A stretch of DNA of 64,000 bases from an uncultured Planctomycetota bacterium (GCA_963752285.1 CAVVXN010000005.1:1088001-1152000); one strand, 5' to 3'; positions 1 to 9,321 are shown, counted from the stretch's first letter. Translations and numbers: made by a program. Notes: generated by a model not told the origin, from the letters alone.

Positions 1-1421
1 CCCGTGTCGCGCGGCGGGTGCCCGCCCCCACCGACTGGCGCCTGCTTGGGGCCACGCCCTCGGGCATCGGGGCGGGCCTTCTGGTCGGCGCGATGACCGA
101 GCAGGGAATGGCGGTATTGAGATACAGCCACGGGAAGGAGCCGAGCAGGGCGTGGGAGGAGCCGTGGATGCAGTCTGCTTCTGGTAGCGTTGGCGGAACC
201 CTCTCTACGCGCGGGTGGCTGCTTGCCCAGGTCCCGGAAGGCATGCGCCTGTACAGGGAGCCTCTTCTTTCCTCGAAGGACGACTCACTTGCGCTTCCAG
301 GGGAGGGCCCCGGGTATGGGCCACCTATGTTCGAGTGGGAGGGTCGCTGGCTGGCGACCTACAGGGTGTCAACGGGCTCGCAAGTCGCTCGCATCTGTTT
401 CCGGTGGCTACCCACGCAAGGCCTTCCCGGTGAACCCGTCGAGTTGCTCGAAGCCTCACCGCTCGCGGTCGTTCGTGGAAGCGCCGTGGCGGGCAGCATC
501 GCCGTAGTGCGCGCCGCGAGTGAACTTCACGCGTGGAACCTACTCCTCGATGCGCGTGATCGGAGACCAGCGGTCATCGCTATCGACCTGCAAGACGTCG
601 GATCGGATACCGTCGCCAATGGATCGGATCTCGCTTTCACGCTCTCACGCGATGGCCTGCTCCGATGCCATCCTCTGGCCATTGACGATCTCCTTTCGGA
701 CTGTCGAGAGCTCTGCGGTCGCAACCTCAACGAAGTGGAGTGGGGATTGGCGTTTGGCAGCACATCCTATCGGGCGACCTTCCCTATGTTGTCGAGCGCG
801 CCACCGAACGCGCGTGGTCCCGCCGGACCCCGGACGCTCATCTCGCAACGCTGGAACTCAAATGAGGCAGCTATCGTCGCTACCCTGCGGAACCTGTTGT
901 CTGCGCAGGCGCAGCTGGCTTCTTCGGCACTTTGCGATGTGGACGGAGACGGTGTCGGCGAGTACGGCGGCTTCCTTGAGCTCTCAGGTGGCACGGCAGG
1001 ACGGCTGGCGCATCCCCTAAACCCGCCCGTTCTCTCCGGTGCATTTCAGCACCTAGAGGCTCCCGGTGTGATTCTGAGAAACGGATACTGTTTCCAACTC
1101 TTCCTGCCTGGCAGGGATGGCCACGGAGTGGCCGAACCTGAGGGCGGCTTCTCGCGGGTATCGGCACTCGATGCGGACCTCTGCGAGACGACATGGTGCG
1201 CGTACGCATGGCCAGAGAATTACGGCTTCACGGGGACGCGCGCATTCTTCGTGAATCAGTCGGGAGACATCCTCTCCACTGACGACGGTCAATACAGCGG
1301 CCGTGACGCGCCACCGCCTGCCGACGCCGCCTTTGGCCAAGCCGGGGCCGGCCGGATCACGGGGATTCACGCGGCCGGATCCTATGGTTGCGACGGGAAC
1401 TACTGGCGCCCGGAGAGGTGA
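1..1421 (+). CDS. C-terminal part (5'-truncated by window) of a WD40/STAND-type protein fused to a planctomycete pilin-like (DUF2950-like) domain
   Basis: Frame is open from the window edge. 'DDLLSDCRELCGRNLNEVEW..FGSTSYRATFP' resembles the C-terminal cap of nSTAND/WD40 proteins. It is followed by 'NEAAIVATLRNLLSAQAQ..DVDGDGVGEYG..WCAYAWP..GTRAFFVNQSGDIL', the pilin-like globular domain. Confidence 0.55.
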   Translation, partial: RVARRVPAPTDWRLLGATPSGIGAGLLVGAMTEQGMAVLRYSHGKEPSRAWEEPWMQSASGSVGGTLSTRGWLLAQVPEGMRLYREPLLSSKDDSLALPGEGPGYGPPMFEWEGRWLATYRVSTGSQVARICFRWLPTQGLPGEPVELLEASPLAVVRGSAVAGSIAVVRAASELHAWNLLLDARDRRPAVIAIDLQDVGSDTVANGSDLAFTLSRDGLLRCHPLAIDDLLSDCRELCGRNLNEVEWGLAFGSTSYRATFPMLSSAPPNARGPAGPRTLISQRWNSNEAAIVATLRNLLSAQAQLASSALCDVDGDGVGEYGGFLELSGGTAGRLAHPLNPPVLSGAFQHLEAPGVILRNGYCFQLFLPGRDGHGVAEPEGGFSRVSALDADLCETTWCAYAWPENYGFTGTRAFFVNQSGDILSTDDGQYSGRDAPPPADAAFGQAGAGRITGIHAAGSYGCDGNYWRPER

Positions 1422-1800
1422 GCCATGTGTGCGGCACTGGGCGCTTCACATGCGGGCCCTCGCGTTCCTTGCGGGGGGCTGGCTAGCTTGCCTCTGAAGG
1501 TCCCCCCGTGTCCTGCAGTTGCGACGGCCTCTGCTCATTGTCCCCGGCCCACCGAAGGATCGCGTCCGGGAGGTGATTCGGGCCCCCATTCGCGACTGGC
1601 TGTTTACCAACAGGGCCCTCTCCCCGGGACCGAGAGTTCGAGAGGGTGGCGTAGAGTCCGTGCGTTCAACGCCGGGGCGGGCCGTCGTCGCGCCACGACG
1701 CGCACATCCCGTGAGCCCCGAAGTTCTGGCCCCTGCGGGCGCCGCTCCGGCGCGGCCCCCTCGCGATGCTCTCCGGCCTCTCGCCGGCCATACGGCGAAG

Positions 1801-1852
1801 GTGGCTCCCCGAGCAGGGCTCGAACCTGCGACCTACGGAGTTAACAGTCCGC
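1801..1852 (-). repeat. Distal att site: duplicated 3' part of tRNA-Asn
   Basis: gtggctccccgagcagggctcgaacctgcgacctacgga(g)ttaacagtccgc matches 11626-11676 except for one extra G at 1840. Confidence 0.95.
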
Positions 1853-3120
1853 AGGGAAACCGCAATTTCCTAGCCTTCCCGTCGGGCGGGATTTGCCCCC
1901 CGGCGTGACTTTTTTCGCACGAATTCGTGCTCGTCGCGCCAGCCCGCGGAAGAAGCGGCCTCACGAGTCCCCCAGGCGAGGGCGAGCAAGCCCCAGCCCG
2001 CCCGCGGATCCGCGGTTCGAACGAAACGGCCACCACTGGCCAGCGAGGCCACTGGGCAAGCGGACCGGCCTGTCGCTCCGCGCCGATCCCATAGATTCGC
2101 AGCCAAGCCGACCATACCCAAGGGAGCCAGCCGGCCGCCCACAGCGCAAGCACGGATAGCCCCGCGAGGGACGCCCCGCGACGCCCGCAACGATGTTTGG
2201 TCCCCGCTCGACCATCTTGCTGTCCTCGCGCTCGACCCTCGCTAGACCCACGCTAGGCTGGGCTCCGGAAGGATGCCAGCCTCCCCACCCGGCGGGTCCC
2301 CTGCTCGTCCCGGGGCGCGGGAGCAGGCCATGAACGCCCCTTCCGGGGCTCGACGCGCCCGGAGGACCCGAGAGTCGTCCCGCCCCTCGAAAGCCCCTGG
2401 ACGGCCTACCCCTGCACGCGCACGGAGGCGCCGGGCAGCGGCGGTCGATGGGACTCCGACGGTGGAGCGGTCCATGCACCCCCGGGCCGCACGCCGCGGT
2501 AGGCACTTCTATTGGCTGGACCACGGCGACGGTTGCCGCCATCTTGAACCATGTCAACTTCAAGAGGCCGGGTGGTAAGTCAGAGGCGGTCGAGCATCAG
2601 GGGCTTCCTGTTCGGGGCGTCTTCTGCGGCGTCATGGCCTGCCTTCCCGCTGTCCTGAGTGCCCTCGTCCTCGAAAGCATCGACTCGATTCCGGTCCAAG
2701 GATACAGGGGGTACATCGTCGGCTTCATCGCTGGCGCATCCCTCTGGGGGGGCTGTACAAGGCATGGCAAGCTCGGACCGGGGGCGAGTCCACCACGTAG
2801 TCCTCCCACCACCCGGCGTCCGCCGGAGTCGGAATGGGGCCCACGACGCATCGTTGGCGGCGGACAGGCTTCCCCGTGTCGGGCACGCCGGTTCCGCGGC
2901 GTGGACGGCTCGGCACCCTCGGAGGGCCCTGTACCCCACCCTCCCGTCTCCGGGCAGCGAGGAGGCCCGCCCACGCACGAAGCCCCGGGCCGACAGCACT
3001 CGGGGCGTCGAAGCGCGCGACGGCTCCGTCCTTCCATGGGGCCTTCCCGGGACTTCCGGCGCGATCGGGCAAGCGGTCGGGGACCTCCCCCAGCGGGCAT
3101 CACACATCGGGTCCGCCCTA

Positions 3121-3610
3121 CTACTTCTCACGCCGCGGCGCACGACTCTTTGCCGCCGGCTTGCCAGGACGAACGACGAGCGCCGGGATGGCGTACGGTG
3201 GATACCCCATACGCCCTGACACGCTCCAGACCAACTCGCGCAGAAAGGGCCATGCCGTGTACAGGCCATTCAGGAGTAGGAACTCCCTCACGTCCGTCTC
3301 GGGTATCTCGACCTCGGTCGGTCGGGTGTACGAGACCCTGAACTGCGCTCGGACAGTAAACAAGCGTCGGTCGGGGCTACCCCCGCCTGCCGACACGGCG
3401 AGTGTCACAAGGGCGGACGCGGATCCGGTCCTCCATATCTCCGGCACGACGCGGTCTCGCGTGGTGATGCGGAAGTCATCGCCCTGGGCCTCGCCGGGGC
3501 GTCGGAATTGGCGACATCCGAGGCTGACGAGTTCGATTTCGCTGAGTCGTCATCGCGGGGGCCACGCGACCGGCCGCCGCAAGTCTCTTGGGAGGTACGA
3601 GTCGGAGCAT
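3121..3610 (-). pseudogene. SecB-like chaperone of a TAC system (frameshift near 5' end; real or sequencing indel)
   Basis: 'FTVRAQFRVSY..VREFLLLNGLYTAWPFLRELVWSVSGRMGYPPYAIPAL' is the SecB-like signature. In-frame upstream 'RLSEIELVSL'. ATG at 3610 lies 4 nt after the upstream stop. Confidence 0.8.
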
Positions 3611-3614
3611 TGGT

Positions 3615-4020
3615 CTAGTCACGGGCTACAAGTTCGTATTCCAGACGGGGGGTGGGAGGTACGGCCCCCCGGACAGGGCCGTACTCCTCGGTGACCACCG
3701 CCCCGCACATCGTCTCCTCCCCCGGCCGGACCGGAGTCGCTGGAGAACGCGTACGGCTGAGCCGTGGTCATGATGGCCTGCGGCTGGAGCGCCCAGCGGA
3801 AGCCGCAACCGAGACCGAAGAAGCGCGATCGTCTTCAGCGTCATGTTCGCCGAGCCGTGGAGAATCTGGCTCACACGAGCCTCGCTGAGTCCGACACGAC
3901 GCGCAGAGAGGCCTGCGTGACCTCGTTCGCATCCATGGCCGTGAAGACCCACCCGGCCGCCGTGGCGGCCAAGCGCTCCCTCTCGGCGAGGACATCGTAC
4001 GGGTCGACGCGCTGAGTCAT
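3615..4020 (-). pseudogene. XRE/HigA-like HTH antitoxin with C-terminal extension (several frameshifts)
   Basis: AGGAAGGAG SD then ATG 4020. Joining frames gives 'AMDANEVTQASL/RRVGLSEARVSQILHGSANMTLKTIA', an XRE HTH. Lies between toxin and SecB-like genes. Confidence 0.75.
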
Positions 4021-4063
4021 GCGTTGAGTCTCCTTCCTGAGTTTAGTGTCGTCGCCCTTCTTC

Positions 4064-4516
4064 TCATGAACGGTGGAGGGTACTTACGTACTCTTGGGCA
4101 ACCTCGCGCGCCTGGGCCTTGTCCCTTCCAGGCGTTTCGTCCTGAGGCGGCTTGTCGAAGGCGTGCGCGAGCAGCATCGTATTCTGACTGGAAGAGTCGT
4201 CGCCGACTCGGGTAGGGATGCGACAGCGGAAGCCGAGCACCCGTCGGCCCATGTTTGCGCCCACCCGGTACTCGCACATTCCGTCGATCGCGTCGTTGCC
4301 CTTGAAGGGCTTGAACTGCTCGCGGGTAAGTGTCCCTTCGCCGTCAACGGCGGTCTTTACCAGCAGACCGAGGAGCCTCCGTTGCTCTCGGATGGGCCAA
4401 GTCTTGATGGTCTGAAGGGCGGGCATGGTTCCGTCGCGGAGCTTGGCGAAAACGACACGTCGGCCTCGGGGCCCTTGCCCCTCGAAGGCTACGGGAGTTC
4501 GGGCCCAGAGGTTCAC
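4064..4516 (-). CDS. RelE/ParE-superfamily (HigB/Gp49-like) toxin
   Basis: 'FKPFKGNDAIDGMCEYRVG..GRRVLGF..MLLAHAFDKPPQDETP..DKAQARE' fits the Gp49/HigB pattern. Toxin-first order ahead of the HTH gene. Confidence 0.8.
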   Translation of the reverse strand: MNLWARTPVAFEGQGPRGRRVVFAKLRDGTMPALQTIKTWPIREQRRLLGLLVKTAVDGEGTLTREQFKPFKGNDAIDGMCEYRVGANMGRRVLGFRCRIPTRVGDDSSSQNTMLLAHAFDKPPQDETPGRDKAQAREVAQEYVSTLHRS

Positions 4517-4524
4517 GTAAACCT
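4509..4524. promoter_or_regulatory. Imperfect palindrome over toxin start codon, putative antitoxin operator
   Basis: AGGTTcACGTaAACCT. TAGGTT/TAAGGT -10-like hexamers lie just upstream on the minus strand. Confidence 0.5.
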
Positions 4525-4780
4525 TAACCTACCCGGGAAGCCTCGCTACCCAAAGCGCTCAGCCTCCACCTGCCCAAGCCTAACTTCAGCCCCCCCGGCC
4601 CCATGGTCCCAGCCTCCTGGGCCGGGCCCGTCTGTGGCGCCCCTAGGGCCGCAGGTGCCCCCCTACCGGAGTCCTCACGGGCGCCCCCCCGTGGACCTCG
4701 TCCCCTGGGGGTAGGCTCCCTCGCCCGTTCCCGGCCTCGCTGGCGTCGGGGTTGGTCGAGGGCCCAGGACGAAGCGGTCG

Positions 4781-5350
4781 ATGCCAGGGCGGGCGACTCG
4801 GACGTGGAAGGCGCGCCGTACGATGCCCCGCATGGGCACGATCCCTGAGGCAGCGCCGTGGAATAGTCGGGGCGTGGCACGCCACGGCCCGGAGGAGGCG
4901 ATCCGGCGCGTGATCGAGGGGATCACCAACGGCCAATCCCTGCGAACCATCTGCCAAGATCGGAGGATGCCATCCGCATCGACCATCTTCGAGTGGTTGG
5001 CATCGGACGAACGCCTGTCGGATCAGTACGCGCGCGCGAGGGAGTCGTCGGGTCTGCTCGTGGGCGAGGAGATCGAGGAGATAGCCCGGCAGGTGCTCCG
5101 CGGAGAGATCGACGCGAATGCCGCCCGGGTCGCCCTCGACGCCCTCAAGTGGACGGCCGCAAGGAAGGCGCCGCGGGTCTACGGGGAGAGCCTGAAGCTC
5201 ACGGGTCAGGTCGAGGTCGGCGCCCTCGTGGCCTTCGTGGACATGAACCGCGCCGACGACGAGGACGCCGCGACGGGCACGCTCACGACCCCTCACACCC
5301 TCCCGCCCGAGGGGTCGCCGGCCGCCGAGGCGTTGCCCGAGACCGCGTAG
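4781..5350 (+). CDS. terS: Terminase small subunit (Sf6 gp1-like); true start probably 4832-4874
   Basis: 'GQSLRTICQDRRMPSASTIFEWL..QYARARE..EEIEEIA..AARVALDALKWTAARKAPRVYG' is the characteristic pac-type TerS pattern. Confidence 0.85.
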   Translation: MPGRATRTWKARRTMPRMGTIPEAAPWNSRGVARHGPEEAIRRVIEGITNGQSLRTICQDRRMPSASTIFEWLASDERLSDQYARARESSGLLVGEEIEEIARQVLRGEIDANAARVALDALKWTAARKAPRVYGESLKLTGQVEVGALVAFVDMNRADDEDAATGTLTTPHTLPPEGSPAAEALPETA

Positions 5351-5776
5351 CTCCGGGGCCGTCCGTGAGCGCTCGCTCACGCGCGGGCGCTCCGGGTCGT
5401 ACGGGCTCGGTCCTCGGTGTCGAGGCGGACGAGAACGTCGTCCTCGAGCCACGCGGGCCGGCGGGTGAGGAGGCGCCGGGACGTGCGCGGGCCGAACCTG
5501 GCTTCGAGCGCGGCGAGCCGGCCTCCGGGTTCGTCCCGCACCTCACGTCCCTGACAAGCTCGGCCGTCTCGAACCGCATGACGTAGATCGGACAGTCCGT
5601 CGTGGTCCGGGAGAGGAGTGTGTCCACGCGGAGGAGCGTACCCCGGGGCCCGTACGATCGGGACCCGACGGGCCCCCGCTCGGGACTGATCCCCCGGGCG
5701 CGAGCCGACCCCGCACCGTCCACGGCCGGGGCCCGCCACCTTTCGTCGCGTGGCGGTGCGGAGAGGACGGTGCGAC

Positions 5777-6552
5777 ATGGCGACGACGAAGGACAAGCGC
5801 GAGCGCGCGCGCGAGACGAAGGACGACTCGCCGCCGTCGGGATGGCCCGCGGCGTGGTGCGAGCGGGCGCCCGCTTCGCCCTCGTCGGCCGAGTGGGAGG
5901 CCGCCTGCGCCGCTTGGGCCAAGCGCGCCGGGCTTCCGCCCGACGAGCCCGCGGGGGGCGTGGAGTGGGCTCGGACGAACCTCCGCCGGCTTATCGACCT
6001 GGAGAGGACCGCGACTCGGATGCGCTCCGAGGCGATACGTCGGGGGCGCTTCTCCGAGCTGAGCGACGCCGCGCACCCCTGGCGCGACGTCATGCGCGAG
6101 GCGGCGATGCAACGTCACGTCCTCGCGGATGCCGCGGCCGAGCTGGCGGAGGAGCTGGACGACCAAGACCGCGCTCCGATCCGCCTCCTCGGCCAATGTC
6201 TGAGCGAATTCCCCTACGTAGGCGACGGGTCGGTCGCCGACGTGCTTCCCCCGACTTCGACGCGCGCCTCGCCGCCGTGCGGGACCGGCTGGCTCCTCCG
6301 CCCGATGCCGCCGCGGGTCCGCCCGAGCCGGACGCGACTCGCCGCCTCGGGCCGAAGTCGCGCCTGGCGCTGACGACGAGAGAGGCCGAGGTGCTGGACC
6401 ACGTATGTCGGTGGATGGCCGAACACAACGACGTGCCGCCGACCTACGACAACCCCCCCGACAACATGGCCCGGAAGACCTACTCGACCGCGCTGAAGGG
6501 ATTGGAGAACAAGCGGCGCATCCGACGCAGAAGCGGGGCTCAGGGCGGGTGA
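5777..6552 (+). pseudogene. Putative regulator with C-terminal LexA-like winged HTH (one frameshift near 6250)
   Basis: ATG 5777 with GAGG SD. After the shift, 'LTTREAEVLDHVCRWMAEHNDVPPTY..TYSTALKGLENKRRIRR' resembles the LexA DNA-binding domain. No peptidase domain. Confidence 0.5.
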
Positions 6553-6574
6553 TCGTCGAGGTAGCGCCGCTCGG

Positions 6575-6610
6575 GGACTGACTCGTGGACTGACTCGTGG
6601 ACTGACTCGC
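6575..6610. repeat. Three tandem 12-bp direct repeats upstream of the AlpA/Xis-like gene
   Basis: GGACTGACTCGT, GGACTGACTCGT, GGACTGACTCGC at 6575, 6587, 6599. Confidence 0.9.
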
Positions 6611-6648
6611 TACTGCGGTGGAGGCCGGCGCGCGCGATCCTCGCGTGC

Positions 6649-6852
6649 ATGAGCACTCCCACCCTCCTCTCGACCCGCGAGGCTCGGCGAGTCCTCGGGC
6701 TGCCGCGCGACTCGGACGCGCTCGCGATCCTCCGCGCCCACGGGATCCCGCACGTCACGGCCCGCGGCGCCCACCTGTGGGACCGCGCCGCCGTCGAGGC
6801 GCTCGCCCGTGACCTCGCCGACCGCCGCGCCGATGCGGAGACGCGGCCGTGA
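6649..6852 (+). CDS. AlpA/excisionase-like HTH protein
   Basis: 67 aa, 'LLSTREARRVLGL..GIPHVTARGAHLWDRAAVEA' (MerR/HTH_17-like). First gene of an overlapping replication operon. Confidence 0.65.
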   Translation: MSTPTLLSTREARRVLGLPRDSDALAILRAHGIPHVTARGAHLWDRAAVEALARDLADRRADAETRP

Positions 6853-7091
6853 GTCGCCCCCGCTTCCGCGAGCCGCTCTCCCCTGCCGCTCAAGAGCGCC
6901 TCGACAAGTTCTCCTCGTTCGTCGCGCGGCTCCGCGACCTTGCCTCGAAGGGGCCCGGTGTCGCCGCGGCCGACGAAGCTCGCGCGCTCCTCGCGGCGCT
7001 CGCCGCTGTCGTAGACGTTGCCTGCCGCGACGCCCGCGACGCTCGCCGGCTGAACGTCGCGACGCGGCCCGACCGCGAGGGGCGGCCGTGA
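6849..7091 (+). CDS. Hypothetical protein
   Basis: 80-aa helical ORF with GTGA overlaps to both neighbours. Confidence 0.55.
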   Translation: MSRPRFREPLSPAAQERLDKFSSFVARLRDLASKGPGVAAADEARALLAALAAVVDVACRDARDARRLNVATRPDREGRP

Positions 7092-8906
7092 GCGCGCCGG
7101 CCGAGATCGAACGGGTCCCGCCGAGCGATACCGAAGCTGAGATGATGTTGCTCGGCGCCCTGCTCCTCGAGCCCGACCGCGGGGGCGAGCTGATCGACGC
7201 GGTGACACGCGCCGGGCTCCAAGCCGCAGACTTCTACCGGCGTGCCCACATCCTCGTCTTCGCTGCGCTGCTCCGGCTCCGCGATGCCGGCCTGCCGTTC
7301 GACACGATCCTCCTCCGCGGCGAGCTGGCGCGGTCTGGGGCCCTGGACGACGCGGGCGGAGCGGCGTACCTCTGCGAGATCGCGCGGAGCGTCTACACGC
7401 CGGCCCTGGCAGTCGACCACGCGCGCCTCGTCGTCGAGAAGGCGCGGAAACGGCGGATGCTCGATGCGGCCCGGCTCGCGGCCGAGGGCCTGTGGGATGG
7501 GCAGGACGTCGATACGGTGCGGGTGCGGCTTATGGAGGCGCTGGAGCGCGACGGCAAGACCGCGTCGTCCTACTCGGACCTGTTCGTCTCCGTCGCGGAG
7601 CTGATCGACCCGAACGCGCCGACCGTCGTCCCGTTCGTCCCCGACTTCAGTTGGCCCGGCAAGATCACGTTGACGATCGGACGTGAGAAGGCCGGGAAGT
7701 CGACCTTCCTCTACGCCAAGATCGGCGCGATGGAGCGGGGTGGGGTATTCCTCGGCCGCGCGTGCCGGCAGACGCGAGCCGTCATCTTGAGCGAGGAGCC
7801 CCGCGCGATCATCGACGAGAGGTGCCGACGATTCGGGGTCCGCGAGGCGGTCGTTCTGCCCCGGGACCGTGTCCACAAGATCCCGACGTGGGGGGAGAAG
7901 GTGCGGGCGGCCGTGGAGGCGGCGGAGAAGCACGGATGCCGCTACGTGCTCGTAGACCCTGTGTCGAAGCTCGCGGGCCTCGGCCCGAAGGACGAGAACG
8001 ACAGCGGCACCGTGAGCGCCCTGTACGCGGTGGTCGAGGCCGAGATGGGCGACCTCTCGTTCGAGCTGAACCACCATGCCGCGCGAGACGGCGGGCGGAG
8101 CGGGATCGACTCGTCTCGCGGCACGACCGCGTGGACGCAGAACCCCGACACGATCGTCACGCTTTCCAAGCCCAAGGCCCGCTCGAACGTCCGACGGATC
8201 GAGTGGGACGGCCGGGAGATGCAGTACCCAGACCCGGCGGCTGTCGAGCTGCTCCGCGACCATGCGACGGGGCTCGACGCCTATCGGCTCGTGAGCCGCC
8301 CCGACGACTCCGCGAGCGAGGACCTCCGCCGGGTTTCGACCCTCCATGATTCGGTTGTCGCGGAGATCGAGGCAGAGTGGTCGGAGCTGCCCGGCCCCGA
8401 GGCGGAGAAGGTGTGGATCCCAACGGGCCGGATCGTCCACCGAGTCGGGACCGCCGCAGGGCCCATCCGCGGGGCCCTTCCGGTCCTCGGTCCGGCTCGG
8501 CCGACTCCGCCGGAAGCCGGCCGGCGTGGGGTACGTCTACGCCCCCGCCATAGCGCCCGGGGCGCGCGAACCTGCCCCGACCTGTCGCGGACCTGTCGTG
8601 GGCGACCTGTCGGACCTGTCGGACCTGTCGGAGCCCTGTCGTTCGCCTGTCGCGGACTCCAGCCCGACACCTGTCGCGTCTGTCGGGGGGGACCGTAGGG
8701 TCCCCCGACGACAGGAAGTCGGGGCCCCCGCGGCGACAGGATCGGGCGGCAGCCTACCTGCTGCACTCCGGGCCACCGGCGGGACGCTCCTCGACCTCCA
8801 CGCGATCAAGCCCGAAGCGCCTACCCCCGACGATCCCCGCGACCGCCCCGAGGACTGCCTTCGTCCCGACGGGTCGCAGCGTGACCCGCGGAAGGGGGCG
8901 TCGTGA
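7088..8906 (+). CDS. DnaB N-terminal domain + AAA_25/RepA-like helicase (probable frameshift near 8480; otherwise ends 8698)
   Basis: 'PPSDTEAEMMLLGALLL..DFYRRAH..GGAAYL..HARLVVEKARKR' is DnaB_N. Walker A 'GREKAGKS', 'LSEE', Walker B 'YVLVDP', 'DEND', 'NHH', 'SRGT'. Confidence 0.85.
8581..8740. repeat. Iteron-like array, putative replication origin
   Basis: CCTGTCG at 8581, 8592, 8606, 8615, 8624, 8635, 8646, 8670 and TCTGTCG at 8679. Hairpin at 8682-8709. Inverted copies CGACAGG at 8709 and 8734. Confidence 0.75.
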
Positions 8907-8982
8907 CCCGGCGCCGCCCTTCCCCCGCGCCTGGCTGGCGACCCCCGTCGCGGCGGTCGTGAGCAATCAAGGGAGATTCAAG

Positions 8983-9321
8983 ATGGCGAACGGACACGGC
9001 GGTAGGCGCCAGGGCGCGGGCCGGCGTCTCGGCTCGAAGGACCGCGCGACACGGGAGGCGAAGGCGACTCTCTCGGAGCTGGCGCGCGAGCATTCCGACG
9101 AGGCGATTCGGACCCTTCACGACGTCATGGTCAAGGGCGAGAGCGAGTCGGCCCGGATTGCCGCGGCCGGGGCCCTCCTCGACCGCGGGTACGGCCGTCC
9201 TTCGCAGGCCGTGGAGCACGCGGCCGGCGACGCCGCGCTCCCGATCATCCTCAACTTCCGGCATCTCGTGAATCTCCCGAACGACGAGCCCGACGACGAC
9301 GAGGAGGCTGTCGGCGCGTGA
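8983..9321 (+). CDS. Phage protein of the GGxRxGAGR...LLDRGYG family (TerS-like)
   Basis: GGGAGA SD. 'GHGGRRQGAGRRLGSKDRAT..LAREHSDEAIRTL..ARIAAAGALLDRGYGRPSQ', a pattern I associate with genes in the terS position. Confidence 0.6.
   Translation: MANGHGGRRQGAGRRLGSKDRATREAKATLSELAREHSDEAIRTLHDVMVKGESESARIAAAGALLDRGYGRPSQAVEHAAGDAALPIILNFRHLVNLPNDEPDDDEEAVGA

Noticed and set aside
1801..1852. Second tRNA-Asn gene
   Set aside because: Lacks the 5' acceptor strand and D-arm; it is the att duplication
1853..3120. Possible small membrane-protein genes (1833-2153 minus; ~2448-2770 plus)
   Set aside because: Hydrophobic stretches are present but there are no clear starts, stops or family motifs; frameshifts likely obscure them
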